Source of the DNA: Polymyxa betae A26-41
Lineage: Eukaryota > Protista > Endomyxa: Phytomyxea
Length of the DNA stretch: 42,860 bases
NCBI GenBank assembly: GCA_003693705.1
Contig: RBZT01000320.1
Span: 1-42,860 of the forward strand
Direction of reading: 5' to 3'
A program made the translations under genes and the position numbers. Position 1 is the stretch's first letter; each line of letters opens with the position of its first letter. The notes beneath the pieces are model-generated. The model saw only the letters and a program-made list of their open reading frames with translations. It was not told the origin of the DNA and made no database searches. Positions 12,715-24,556 of this stretch are shown here, piece by piece.

Positions 12715-13931
12715 TCAAGCGGACTGACTGGTTGAAACGGGGGCAACTGTATAGAATGCAGGCTAAAACAAAACACATTTAGTTTGACAATCGCACATTA
12801 CAAAATCATTACGTCATCGTCAGGGCTGGGTTCGTACTGGACCACGCATTTAGCTACGATACATGCAGTGTAAGGAATTATGGACTTACAGCAATAGTCT
12901 CAGGGTTGGGGCGGCTCTCCTTCGGGCAGGCGGCGTTTTTCGCGGCACCGGCAAATTTGCTGCAACTAAGCGCAGGGTTTAGGGTTTCATCGACAGAAAT
13001 GGATCCCGGAGTACGTACTATCCCCAGCTGTTGCACCATTCGCCGTATCGGCAGCGGAAGTTGCCGTGGCCGACCGTGCCGCACTTGTCCCATTTATGGA
13101 ACTTCTCGACTTGGCACTAGACAGCGGATGATTTTTGGGGTTAGGGTTTTAGGGTTCGCTCTCACGTTTTTCTTGCGGGATTCGGTGTCGATTTTGTCCA
13201 ATTCCTCCTATCGAAATTGTCAGTGCTGTGTGGGCTAGAGTTTAGGGTTTGCTTACTCCTTCGGTATCATCCTGGGGCATGTAATCCTGGACCTAACCAA
13301 TTGTTAGCTGATGGTGACAAGTTTCGTGTGGGGCAGTATAACCAAATCGTCAGGGGAGAATTCACGCTATGAAACACAGTTATGGAATATTTGAGAGCAG
13401 CAATAAGCCAAACCAACCATGATTTGTTCGGGATCATCACGTTTCTCAGGAGGACATATAGCTTTCTCAATATATGCGGGGGCATTACCACAGCTGATCA
13501 TGAATTATTAGTACAGAATTTCGTCACAGCGGGGCTTCAATAATAAGATAATTGCGACAAAGCCAATCAGTAAAGGTTTTGAACTATTTCTGAAATTCTG
13601 TAAGATCTTGAAACTTAGAAACACAACAGTGTTTTCCCTATACTTAAAGGTTTGTGTAGAAATGCAAAATATGAAATTTTTTGAAAGCATTATCACGACT
13701 TACTATCCCCATTGGCTGCAGTAATAGCCCTGCGGGCAACGTAGATAGGCATGCTCCGCGCCACCACATTTCCCTAACAGACTGTAGTATTCCGAGGAAC
13801 ACTGAAAACATGCAATCAAAACATGAAGCAGTATGACAATGTTTGGATCGTACTGGAGCTGGTTCGGTTGAATTATCTTGAGCTGAGCATGCGATCGCCA
13901 AACAAGCGATAAGTAACGAAGCTTTCAGCAT
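12715..13931 (-). CDS. Small secreted protein with two CBM18/hevein-like chitin-binding modules; about 10 exons including micro-exons
   Basis: Signal peptide MLKASLLIACLAIACSA. Spliced modules read CSSEYYSLLGKCGGAEHAYLRCPQGYYCSQWGYCGNAPAYIEKAICP and CQVEKFHKWDKCGTVGHGNFRCRYGEWCNSWGYCSKFAGAAKNAACP; CSxWGYCG is the hevein signature. All exons join in frame through GT-AG introns to a TGA at 12715-12717. Confidence 0.85.
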
Positions 13932-14467
13932 GGTCTATATGTAACTGTTACTGAGAGATAAGACATATGAGGTTAAGGGCTGACTGATATTGATGACTGG
14001 ATTGATAGGCCAGAAGGAGATCCAATATAAGAATGAGCAGCCGAGAGGAGTTTGTCAAAGGCTCAGAGCCTTGGCTCGGGATGAGTCAGAGTGGAGTGTG
14101 AGTGTCGCCGTCGTCGTTTGGCCAGGGCTGCGCTCCTGCAGTGGCTCCACACCAGGGCAGGAAACCCTAGCAGTGGCTCCACACCAGTGCTGGAAACCTC
14201 GTCAGAGGCCGCAAGTGACGCGATTTTTGGCTTCCGTGGTGGCTGTCCCAGTGGAAGGGTCGGCGCAGCCTTTGGAAGAGGGCTGCTCGCCTTTTTAAAG
14301 TGTTCAAAGACGGTGGCTACGTGACCGAGAGATTCTTGGTCAGCGCTCCAGCAGAGGCTCCACACCAGTGCTGGAAACCCTAGCAGTGGCTTCACGCCAG
14401 TGCTGGAAACCTCGTCAGAGGCCGCAAGTGACGCGATTTTTGGCTTCCTGGTTGCTGTCCTGCCGTA

Positions 14468-15233
14468 CAGTGCGACTCATCTTTAATTCTACATTGTTTC
14501 AATTCGATTTCAAATAATGTGCGTACGCACTTTTAGAAATTTGGCATTTTTACCGGACAATATACTTTGATTTCACAGAAGTACTTTTTTATTACAATTA
14601 TTAAATTTGTGTAGAATTTGATCTCATTCAAAATTCGCACTGGAATTCGGCGATGACTCCGATACTTCTTAACGGCTTTCTCCACTTGATCTGGAGTTAA
14701 CTTATTCCCTCCTGCATCGCAGACGCGATATGCGTCCATGTAGCGATAACACTTCCGAGCAAATTTTTGGATTTGCTGTACAGGAACACTTTTCAATGCC
14801 ACGGGAACGACCTTTTGCAGATCCTGAAAAGAGTATGTGCAGCTTTTTCTTGTGAAAGCCTGCAAGCTTCTGTATTTTGGATCACGAACAAACGATGCGA
14901 TCCAGAGAACTGCGTTACGGGCAATTGGGTTTCACAAACTGCGCGACTGTAAAATACTTTTGCGCTATTTAAAAGTAAAAGTGCGTGCCGCAGTTTTGTG
15001 CACCTTCCATTTCCTCCCAAACAAATTTAGAATGCTGCCTTTCTCATACAAATTTAAAGAGGGACTGTGAAGTAGGGATTTCGATTACAAAAAAATCTTT
15101 CTGTCTCGATGTTGGGGACGCTGAGATCTATTGATTTACAGAGGGCTTAGTGAGGTCGAACAATTTTTGGAACAGGAGATGTCAATCTCTTTGGCTGCCT
15201 ATCAACCGTGTAGAATTAAGATGAGTCGCACTG
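14468..15233 (-). mobile_element. Internally deleted Tc1/mariner-superfamily DNA transposon (766 bp)
   Basis: TIR CAGTGCGACTCATCTT(T)AATTCTACA at both ends; TA target duplication at 14466-14467 and 15234-15235. Confidence 0.92.
14533..14865 (-). pseudogene. C-terminal fragment of a Tc1-like DDE transposase
   Basis: RKSCTYSFQDLQKVVPVALKSVPVQQIQKFARKCYRYMDAY...AVKKYRSHRRI resembles the C-terminus of fungal/protist Tc1-like transposases, and it lies inside the TIRs. Confidence 0.75.
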
Positions 15234-16679
15234 TACCAGTTGACGGGTCGGCGCAGCCTTAGGAAAGGGGGCTGCTCGCCTTTTTAAAGTGTTCAAAGAC
15301 GGTGGCTACGTGACCGAGAGATTCTTTGGTCCTTTGAAAAACAGAAGTTTTTGTTCAGGGTTCAATAATAGTGTTAAGGCGATGTTTAGAAGCTGCTTGA
15401 TTTCTGTCAGCAGCATGTGGAAAATCAACAATCGGAAATGAACCACAAAAGGGTGGCACATCGGTCTCATCATTCCGAATGCTCACGAAATTCAGCAATC
15501 GTAGCACGACATTGTCGTCTCGGTCGCAGTATCCGAGCCTTCTGCCATTGTCGACTCGGTTGATCAAAGCTGTCTTTGATGCTTCTTGCTAATGTCGGAT
15601 CACGTCGATGTTTCGTCAGACCAACTAAGAAAGCCCTAGAAAACAACTTTAATATATTTTGCAGATTTTTTTTACTTGTTTCCATATATGTGCTGCTTCC
15701 AGACCTAAGTCAACCATACCTTGAGTCTCATCCTCACATAAAGTTAAACAGCGCTTCGATGGAGGTTGGTCTGATCGGGAAGCAGAATGCCATTAATCCT
15801 GAGGCCCGGTTCTCCCGGTATTGCAAACGACGTTCGAATCCCTCTCGATTATCTAACATCAACTTTCATACTGTTTTTGTACTTATCGATACCTTCGCCT
15901 TTGTCGTCCTTTCTGATTCAACTAACATCGCTTCTCCTTTTCAGTTGTTTTTTGCTTCGTTTTGTATTGCTGCTAAGCATATGCCGTACATCATTACACA
16001 GTGTATTCTTGAAATTCTTTTCTGATTCTTTGCCTTTAAACAGTTGTTATCGTTTGAAAAACGCATCTCAGCTCTCCATATTTTCTGACTCAATAAGGCT
16101 GCCTCTCCATTTTGCGCTCGTAACACATTTTAGCTCTCTGCTCTGTTTTTGATGTTTCGGCATGGCCATTCTAAGGTTATTAACGAGCTCAATTTAAATC
16201 TGTAGGGTTTGTTGATTCATGAAATAATTGGTTGATGGCGTTTATTCCACGAGGAACAAGCTATTCATTGCAACCAGTTATCTGTTTAGGCATTGTATGG
16301 CAGCAGACTGTGATTGCTGAATAAGGGAGTAGGGTTTTATGGCTATATCATCGTAATTAGAAAAATGATACAATTTCAGACATCAGAAGATGATTCTGCA
16401 GGTTCGGATTCTCTCGGATCTATAAAATGATCGCTGATGATGTTATCATTAAAGCCTTTCATCACTTGTTGTATATGGGCAGCAAACACCGTAAAAGGTG
16501 GTCGGTTGCCTGCTCGAAGCTCCAAATCGACTGCTTTCAACTCCGAACGTTCTTACTGGCCAATATACTAGTGATAAATCCACGAGCGAACTTTAAGAGC
16601 ATAGAAATATGAAGCTTCGAGGATCTGGTAGATCTGAGCCAAATTTGACAAACTGAATGAAAACTCTTGTTAGAGTTTA

Positions 16680-18392
16680 CTGAAATTGGACTGCGTACTT
16701 AACTTTATCGCGGGCACTGAGTGTCTCAAAACCACACTCTGACTTCTTGCCTTTGTGACTAGAGCAAAGCCAGTCGAAACGACCATGAGAAACGGATTTC
16801 CCCATCGCGATTGAAAAATTCGAACATTATTCTGACAGCAAATTCGAACACATGAAAGCACGGGGTAACATGCTCGCTGTAGCCATGGGTCACAGCGTTC
16901 ACTTCTCATGTTCAATCTCGGGTCGGTAATCTTGGCCCGACCTATTTTTAGACATAAACTGGCCACCAATATCAACTTCTGTAACGTGGTCTTCGAAGTT
17001 GAGATTTCCGAGGTTTCGGTCAATATGATCTGATCATCGAGAACTTTGATAATAAGGGGGCTTTTGCAGCGCGTTTTCTTCTATTTGATGGGAACAATAT
17101 GTTCGTATCAGTAAGAAACGCGTACTCGTCATCATCAGTCTGCGTTTTCTGAATTACAGAATCAGAGGGAGATTTCCTCATTCAATATGAATAAATCTCA
17201 CCAGAAAAGCACACAGAGTAGTGTAGTCTGTGATCTTTTCCACACCAAAATCAAACAATTTCAGAAATTCAGGGAGAACGGTATACACTGGCAGAACGAA
17301 ATCCGTTGGTGGTGATCAAAATTTCATCCGTTTTAGGGCGGGAATTTCGTCGTCCTGTCTAGCAGGAGGATCAAAAGAGATGAAAGCGCTATCTCGGACC
17401 AGATTCATCAATTGGCCGGCAGCTGACAGTTTGGATCGGCATTCATCTCCGGTACATTCTTTATGAACGTTCCAATGACTGAAACGCTTCCCCCAGAGTG
17501 TTTGAAAGATGCGAAGATCTTTCTGACAGCACTGCATAACACATCGCAGTACAGGACGACACACCTTATACAGCCAATGCCGTATCTTTAAATCAAGTTT
17601 CATGAAAGTCCATTTATATTTCCGGGAGGCCCAGACCAATTTCCGATACAGATTCGCAATCAGAATCAGCTTTCGTAATGTGCTCTGAGCATTGTGGATT
17701 CGTTCGATTTCGCTCACATGAAGCTCATGTCCATTCATATTGAACTAATTGGGAGTTGATCATGGAGCATTGCCCTGTATCACCACAAGCTGAAGACAGA
17801 GAATGATATTCCTCATTATTCGGCTCTTTGCTCTAATCTTCAGTCAATATAGAATTGAACAGAACTGTTCTTGAAAATTCACCAGAAACTTGCAGAGACT
17901 GTGATAGTCATTAATATCAGTCACATCATTATTGAAGGAATACAGAAGTTCAGTTGGCGATGATGTCTCGTTAATACGAGGACGTTTCCGGGAGATTGTT
18001 TCAACTTGTTCATCTTTCTGATTATGAAAATCTCAGAGATTTCTAAGACATGATACTAGATAAGGAAACACTACAGTTTCCTGAATAGCAGGTAGAGCTG
18101 GAACATTATCTGTTTGATGTAATAAAGATGTTGGGGTTGATAACAATCCAACATCTGGTAAAGAAGATGTGAGTTCTTCCTGATACAGAAATCTTACTCG
18201 TGTATCTGTGAGGTCTGGAGAATATAGACTCACATTGAGATCGGGAGGATATACACTGATATTGAGATCGAAAGGATAGACTCTATCAGGAGTCTCTTCC
18301 AGAGTGTCTGTAACATTACTCGTCCCAGGACTGAATGCAGCCAAGCATGCAGATAGGCTCAGTATCAGGAAGGGAATCGCTCGGCCAAACAT
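16680..18392 (-). pseudogene. Secreted Cys-rich repeat-domain family, copy A (disabled)
   Basis: Signal peptide MFGRAIPFLILSLSACLAA, 3x 9-aa YPxDLNxSx repeat and two family domains. TGA at 17316-17318 and frameshifts near 17065 and 16790 relative to copy B. The 3' end is approximate. Confidence 0.75.
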
Positions 18393-18680
18393 TTCCAGGC
18401 AAAAGAGAGTCTGATCGTCGGATTTCGGAGTTGTTAAACTACCTAGTGCGTGGTTTTGTCGAACCCCAACTTGTAGTCGCCGTTTTTGCTAATTAATATC
18501 GTGGATGCGAATCAGATCTGAAATGTTTTTTGACTAGATCGTTCTGGTTCCGTTGTACTTTGCGTCAGGAGAAATTTGTTGCAAATCATGGATCGCGTCC
18601 CCCCTTAAATTAAAGCAGACTCGTGTATCGAGAATGATCGTCTCGAAGCCTGGCAGCTGCATAGCCGCACAAGCTGAGCC

Positions 18681-18701
18681 TTAGGGTGGTTAGGGTTAGG
18701 G
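18681..18701 (+). repeat. Interstitial telomere-like repeat (TTAGGG x3) in a divergent intergenic region
   Basis: ttagggtggttagggttaggg lies between the ATGs at 18392(-) and 19165(+). Confidence 0.65.
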
Positions 18702-19164
18702 TTTTTCCTGTGACTTTGTTTAGCGATGGAAACATCCGACGTTGAATACATGTTCTCAGAGGGGAACCACTGAGCTCTGGATGGTATTAATATCTGAGAT
18801 TATTCCCAATGTGACTTAAGCAAACCTGTAAGGTTGCCGATTTCGCGACGGCTTTGGGACGTCAGCTCTTAAGGCTCTATGTTTGTTACAAGAAAATTTC
18901 AACCGAATTCTCGAACTGATTACAAAAAAATGCCTTTGCTGCAATTCATAGTAAAAAATCCCCAGAGCGTCACCCACCGCTGAGCCTTTTAAATCTGTCA
19001 TGAAAGTCGGCGGCAGTAGCCTCATCACTCAGTCGCGCAATTTTCCGCATTTTTTTTTTACTTTTCTGCGCAGAAATGTCCGAAAATGGAAATTCGGCAG
19101 TACCACATCGGATCGCGCTCCATTTCGGATTTTTGAACGACATTCCCAAAGCCCTCGCAAACCC

Positions 19165-19976
19165 ATGAAGCTCCTGGGCATACTGGCCCTTTCCGTCACG
19201 GTCGGCGTAACAGCAGCAGGGTCCGCTCGTGGCAGGTTTCGCTCTCGAGTCGGCTTCAAACCCTATGCCGAGCTATTCTCTGTCGAAATGCGGCCTGCGG
19301 ACTTCGAATCGATCATGCTGGAGACCTTTCCTGAATCGGCATTGGATCGGACTACGAAGGAATCGGGTTTTGATAGGACCTTTGATAACAGCAATCGTGT
19401 TAATATGGGGATTTTCGACTCCGGATTTGAAATCGGAAAAAATCAGGAGATTTGCATGAAAGATGGAGAGAATGACGCCAGCGATATCATTGAAGATAAT
19501 CGCGTATTTTATGCAGAAAGTTCCCGTCTTTCTCAAGGTATGAAAATAACAAAATTCTTCCTATGATAATGTTAAAATCGTGATCAGAACGGGAGCCTTC
19601 CGAGGCGGAAGTTTCCATGATTGTCGAATGTATTGAAGCTCAGTGCGAAGCTCATTTTCAGAAATGGAAATATTCCGAGCTGATTCCGGATTTCGAAGTG
19701 AATCCTACAAAGCTGATTCTTCACAATATTGATGAGCACAAAATCAGGCTGATTATCGAGCTCAATGAGCGTTTTCGGCCCTATAAACGACTTTACCACA
19801 GTAATTATAAGCTGTACGACGTGAAATTATCGCTATCTGCAATGCTGCGATGTTATGACAATCATTGTGGCAAGGACGTGGTCGTGTTCGCTGAGAAGCA
19901 CAAAACCCTACCTGTACGGAGCTTCCACAAAAATCGCTGTAATGGAAAGGACGTCTGTGAGAAACTGAAATATTGA
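19165..19976 (+). CDS. Orphan secreted protein, 253 aa, 2 exons
   Basis: Signal peptide MKLLGILALSVTVGVTAA. The 50-nt intron at 19538-19587 (GTATGA...GATCAG) joins the 19000 and 19617 ORFs exactly in frame. Confidence 0.8.
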
Positions 19977-21147
19977 AAACGAAGGCGGATGAAAGGGAAA
20001 AAAACATCGTATCTTTTATCATAAACTGAATGCTTTTCCTTTCCTTTGTTGGACTCTTCACCATTTCCATTTTGCTGCCCCATAAAAAGCCGAAGAATAA
20101 TTTGTCCCATAAATTCTCCAAATTCCCAAGTTCCAAAAATATCACCTTTGCTCCATACAAAAACCCTCCCATTTTTCCTTTTCTATCGTTACTATAAATT
20201 CTATGTCCTTTGAAATAATTCAACGAAGAAAACGCATTTCATTACTTACGTTTACGCATTAATTCCATTTTTGATTTTCATTTCAACGGTTTCCCCAAAA
20301 ATCTCCAAAAAATTATTTATAACCTCATTAAGAATTGAAATGAGTACCTTAATGTAACATATCGAAATACAATTTCCCAATTCCCAAATTATCAAAATTA
20401 AAAATCCAAAATGACAATTCTAACACGAAGTAATTTCATTCCTCAAAATCAGATTCATTTTCTAAGAATTAATAATGAATCCACCAATCCCCAAATCAAA
20501 TGTAATTCGACAGAAAATAAAGTAAAGAATAATACGAGTATATGCCACAAATGCGATGATCAGAAGCGAAAGACAAAAATTGAAGGAATAAGATTGAAAG
20601 CGAACAAAACCCTAACTATAAGACACAGATAGGAACACTTTGAACAGTGAAACGTAGAGATTTAGAAATTGAGAAGTTTTCAAGACCTATCAAGAAGCAG
20701 AACTAAAAGTCTTGAGATCCAGCTAATTAATTGGAAACATTCCGGATAAACCTTTGTGGTTCCTAACAATCAGGACGATATATTCGAAACGGTGTTGGAA
20801 AATTTTCACGGGAATTACAGAAAGCCGACTCCGAGGGCGACGAGAAATGAGGCAAACCTAAGACGTCGATCTAAGTTGCTGGCGTCCTAAACCCTCCTAG
20901 CATTACTTACGTCAGGAAAACTGCCGAATGGCCATGAAGTTCTCCGAAGATTTCAAGGGCGATCCCTATCAAAATGACGATGACCCCGATTGCCCCGACA
21001 AGAATAAGGTCGCATATTAGCGTCTTGGTAATAGTTAATGGTCGGTAGGCATTCATCATATCAAAAAACGCAGTTTGAAGGCGCCAGGCGCCGGTCGCTT
21101 CACCTCAAGTTTCGCCGAATGTATCACCGATGAAGAATTGTGGAATT

Positions 21148-23070
21148 TCAACCGAGAAATTCACTCAGATCCGATGAAAAAATCAAACCCTGCTTGTTCA
21201 GGTAATTCTTCATTCTCAGAATACACTCCAGCATGAATTTCTGTGATATATTCAGAAAATATTAAAAAACCTTGAACACAGTAATACCGTATTAAATCCT
21301 TTCATCGAATATCTCAATAGACAATGAGCAAGGACTCCTCTATCAAACACTAGTTGTGATTTCAGGGAGTATATCTCATAGTTACTGACAAAGAGAGTCT
21401 CAAATCCGCACTGTTTACTCTTGCCTTTGTGCCTAGAACAAAGCTCCCGAAATTGACTATGCGCAAACGGATTTCCCCAACGAGATTGAAAAGTCCAAAG
21501 ATCATTCTTGCAGCATATTGTAACACATGAAAGTACAGAGTAACATGTTCGCGATAGCCATTGAACACAGCCTGCAAGTCTCAGGTTCATTGCCGGATCG
21601 ATATTCTTGGCCCGAGCTATTCTTAGACATAAACTGGCCACCAATATTAATTTCTGTAACGTGGTCTTAGATGTGGAGATTTCCGAAATTTCGGTCAATA
21701 TGAGCTGATTATCGAGAACTTTGATAATAAGGGGTTTCTTTGCACAATATCTGTTGCCATTTGATAGTTTTATCATCTTTCCGTCAGTAAGAAAAGCGTA
21801 CTCGTCATCATCAGGCTGCTTTTTCTGAATTACAGTTTCATCGTGAATTTCCGCATTCAATATGAATAAAGCCCACCAGAAAAGCACACAGAGTAGTGTA
21901 GTCTGTGATCTTCTCGACACCAAAATCGAACAATTTCGCAAATTCAGGAAAAGCCTTAAACGCTGGCAGAAGGGTATCCAGTTGTGGTGAACTAAATTTC
22001 AGCCGTTTCACGGACGGATTATCGGCATTCTGTAGGCAGAATGGTCAATACTCAAATAGAGATGATAAAGCTATCACGGACCTGATTTATAGACAGATGG
22101 GCAGTTAGCAGCTTAGATCGGCATCGATCTCCGAAACATTCTTTATGGAGTTCCCAATGACAGAAGGGATCGCCCCAGAGTGCCTGAAATAATCGGAGAT
22201 ATTTTTGACAGCATTCCATGATACATCGCAATACAGGACGACACACATTATACAGCCAATGCCGGATAAAGGCGTCGTTAAAAGGGCAGCCATATTTCCA
22301 GGAAACCCGGATCAATTTCCGATGCGAATTCGCAATCAGAATCAGCTGTTGTTATGTGCTTTGAGCAAAACGGATTCGTATGATTTCGCTCATATCAAGA
22401 TCGTATCCTTTCACATTGCAAACAAATTGAACGTTTGTCATGGAGTATTGACCTGCATCACCATCAGTTGAAGACAGAGAATGAAGTTCTTCATCATTCG
22501 GCTCTTTGATCTAATCTTCAGTCAATATACAGACGGACAGAAAGGCTCATCCAATTTCACCAGAAATTTGCAGAGACTGTTATAATCATTGATATCAGTC
22601 ACATCGTGATTGAAGGGATACAGAAGGTCGGGAGGAGATGATGTCGCGTCAGCACGAGGGCGTTCCCGGGAGATAGTTTCGTCTCTAATATCATTCTAAT
22701 CAAGAAAATTTCAGCCATTTCTAAGACATTAGACTTGATAAAAAAGCGTTACATTGATAGTCTCCTGAATAGAAGGTAAAGCCGGATTGGAAAGTTGTAA
22801 GAAAGAAGGGTGTGTTGATAGCGTTCCAGTAACTGGTAAAAGAGATGGGATTTCTTGCTGACAGAGCGATCTTACTCCTTTGTCTGAGAGATCGGGAGGA
22901 TAGACGCTGATATTGAAATCGGGAGGATAGACGCTGAAATTGAGATCGAAAGGATAGACAGTATCAGGAGTCTCTTCCATAGAATCTGTAACATTACTTG
23001 ACCCAGGATTGAATGCAGCCAAGCACTCAGATAGGCTCAGTATGAGGACGACAAGCGCGGAGTCAACCAT
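21148..23070 (-). pseudogene. Secreted Cys-rich repeat-domain family, copy B (disabled tandem paralog of A)
   Basis: MVDSALVVLILSLSECLAAFNPGSSNVTD; same exon layout as A. In-frame TAA at 22352-22354 (ST*QQLILIA) and a frameshift/stop near 22052. Confidence 0.78.
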
Positions 23071-23406
23071 TGCAAGGCAAAGAGAGGAGTCTAATCGTGG
23101 GATTTCGGTTTTGCGTGCAGTTTTGCTGATAAATTCTCCGTACACCCTCTGTCCAAGAATGCTGGTCCGATTCACGGAAAAAATACAAAAAAAAATAGAA
23201 TCATTTTTTCTCCGCAGTTGATAAAACTGCGCCGCTTTAATCAGGGTCCCTCTGGGACAAATTCAGACTCTGCTTCCATTGAAAATGGCAAAATTTTTTC
23301 GCAATCGAGCCGTCAGCCGCTGAAATTTCAAATGGGCCAAATTCAGTTGCAGAACTTCGCAGGATGCTGGATTGAAGCCCCAACGTAGGCAACCTAAGCG
23401 ATTCTG

Positions 23407-23553
23407 AGCGAACTACAATTGATCAAAAACTGCTGGAATGTTTTGAATCGGGGAAAGTTACGCCGAGGGGCAAGGTTGTAAGCGAACTACAATTGATCAA
23501 GAGTTGCGGAATGTTTTGAATCGGGGAAAGTTAAGCCGAGGGGCAAGGTTGTA
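23407..23553. repeat. 74/73-bp tandem duplication
   Basis: agcgaactacaattgatcaa...ggaatgttttgaatcggggaaagttaMgccgaggggcaaggttgta occurs twice (23407-23480 and 23481-23553). Confidence 0.85.
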
Positions 23554-24556
23554 AACGAGGATGAGCGTGGAGGAGCTGTGCGCAGCCACCTACCTTGTCG
23601 TTCGTTGCCTATTTGATCGACAATTTCGCCTCCGATTGACAACATTAAAAGGCGAGTCTGTTTTCTAAGGAACGTTTTTGTAGGGTCCGGTACGGTAGAA
23701 GCCAGGGCCACCATGAAGGAGGTTGTAGACTTGAAGTTGTCAGTATCAGAACTCGGGCCGTTGATAAGAATGAGAAATGTGAAAGTTAAGTCAGACGGGA
23801 TTTGACGATATTTCTGAGGTACGAAAACGGCCATGGAAAACTGCAGACTGTCCGATCGTCCGGCGATTAATGCTCCCGAAAATCCGCGAAATTTCTCCGT
23901 TAACGTCCTGGTTTCACACTGAGTTCAAATTTCCGTATCGGTCAGGATTCCGCACTCGTGGTATAGATGCCGTCTCGGCGAGTTCGTCTTCGATCCGGCA
24001 GCAGTGCTCAATACAAGTTGAATCGTCAGCCATGATTCAATCCTAGAATTTCCAAAGTGAAGAAAATGTTTAAAATTATGAGACAACAAAGTCAAAAAAT
24101 ATCTGGAAATATAGTCGAAATTAAAATGTAAAGACAGATCTCAATGGGACGCAGGTGCAAGCAGGTCTCAGCCGTAGTCGCGAACACATTCTGTAGCTGA
24201 GAAGGAATTTGACGATGCCCATATACGGACCGCCATCCATACTTCACGGTCACCAGGGCACTCCTGTTGATGAGCAGCTGAGGTCAAGATCACAACTTGG
24301 GCAATGACAAAGAGTACGGTGGGGAATGGAATACCTCTTGAATGAGGCCATTTGGGTGTTTCCATTAAAGTTCAGAATTACTGTGAAGAAACCCCCTGTC
24401 TCCAACTACGGTTGACGATATCCCAGTTGAATGAGAGCCCTCCAGTGGAAAAGATACGAATAGCTTCAGATACAACCTGCTAGATAAACGAAGACAGTCA
24501 ATACGTTGAAGTGTATTGAATGACACGGCAACGTTGACAGACTTCCTGGATCATAT

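Larger units (their letters stand above)
14130..15331. repeat. 213-bp tandem duplication; the second copy is split by a Tc1/mariner element
   Basis: 14130-14342 matches 14343-14467 plus 15236-15331. Internal sub-repeat ccacaccagtgctggaaacc. Confidence 0.85.

Noticed and set aside
15340-16670. ORFs 15576+ and 15787+
   Set aside because: Pyrimidine-rich, intron-like composition with no coherent gene model.
19980-21100. AT-rich, strand-biased tract followed by coding-like fragments
   Set aside because: No termini or protein motif could be identified; possibly an old TE remnant.
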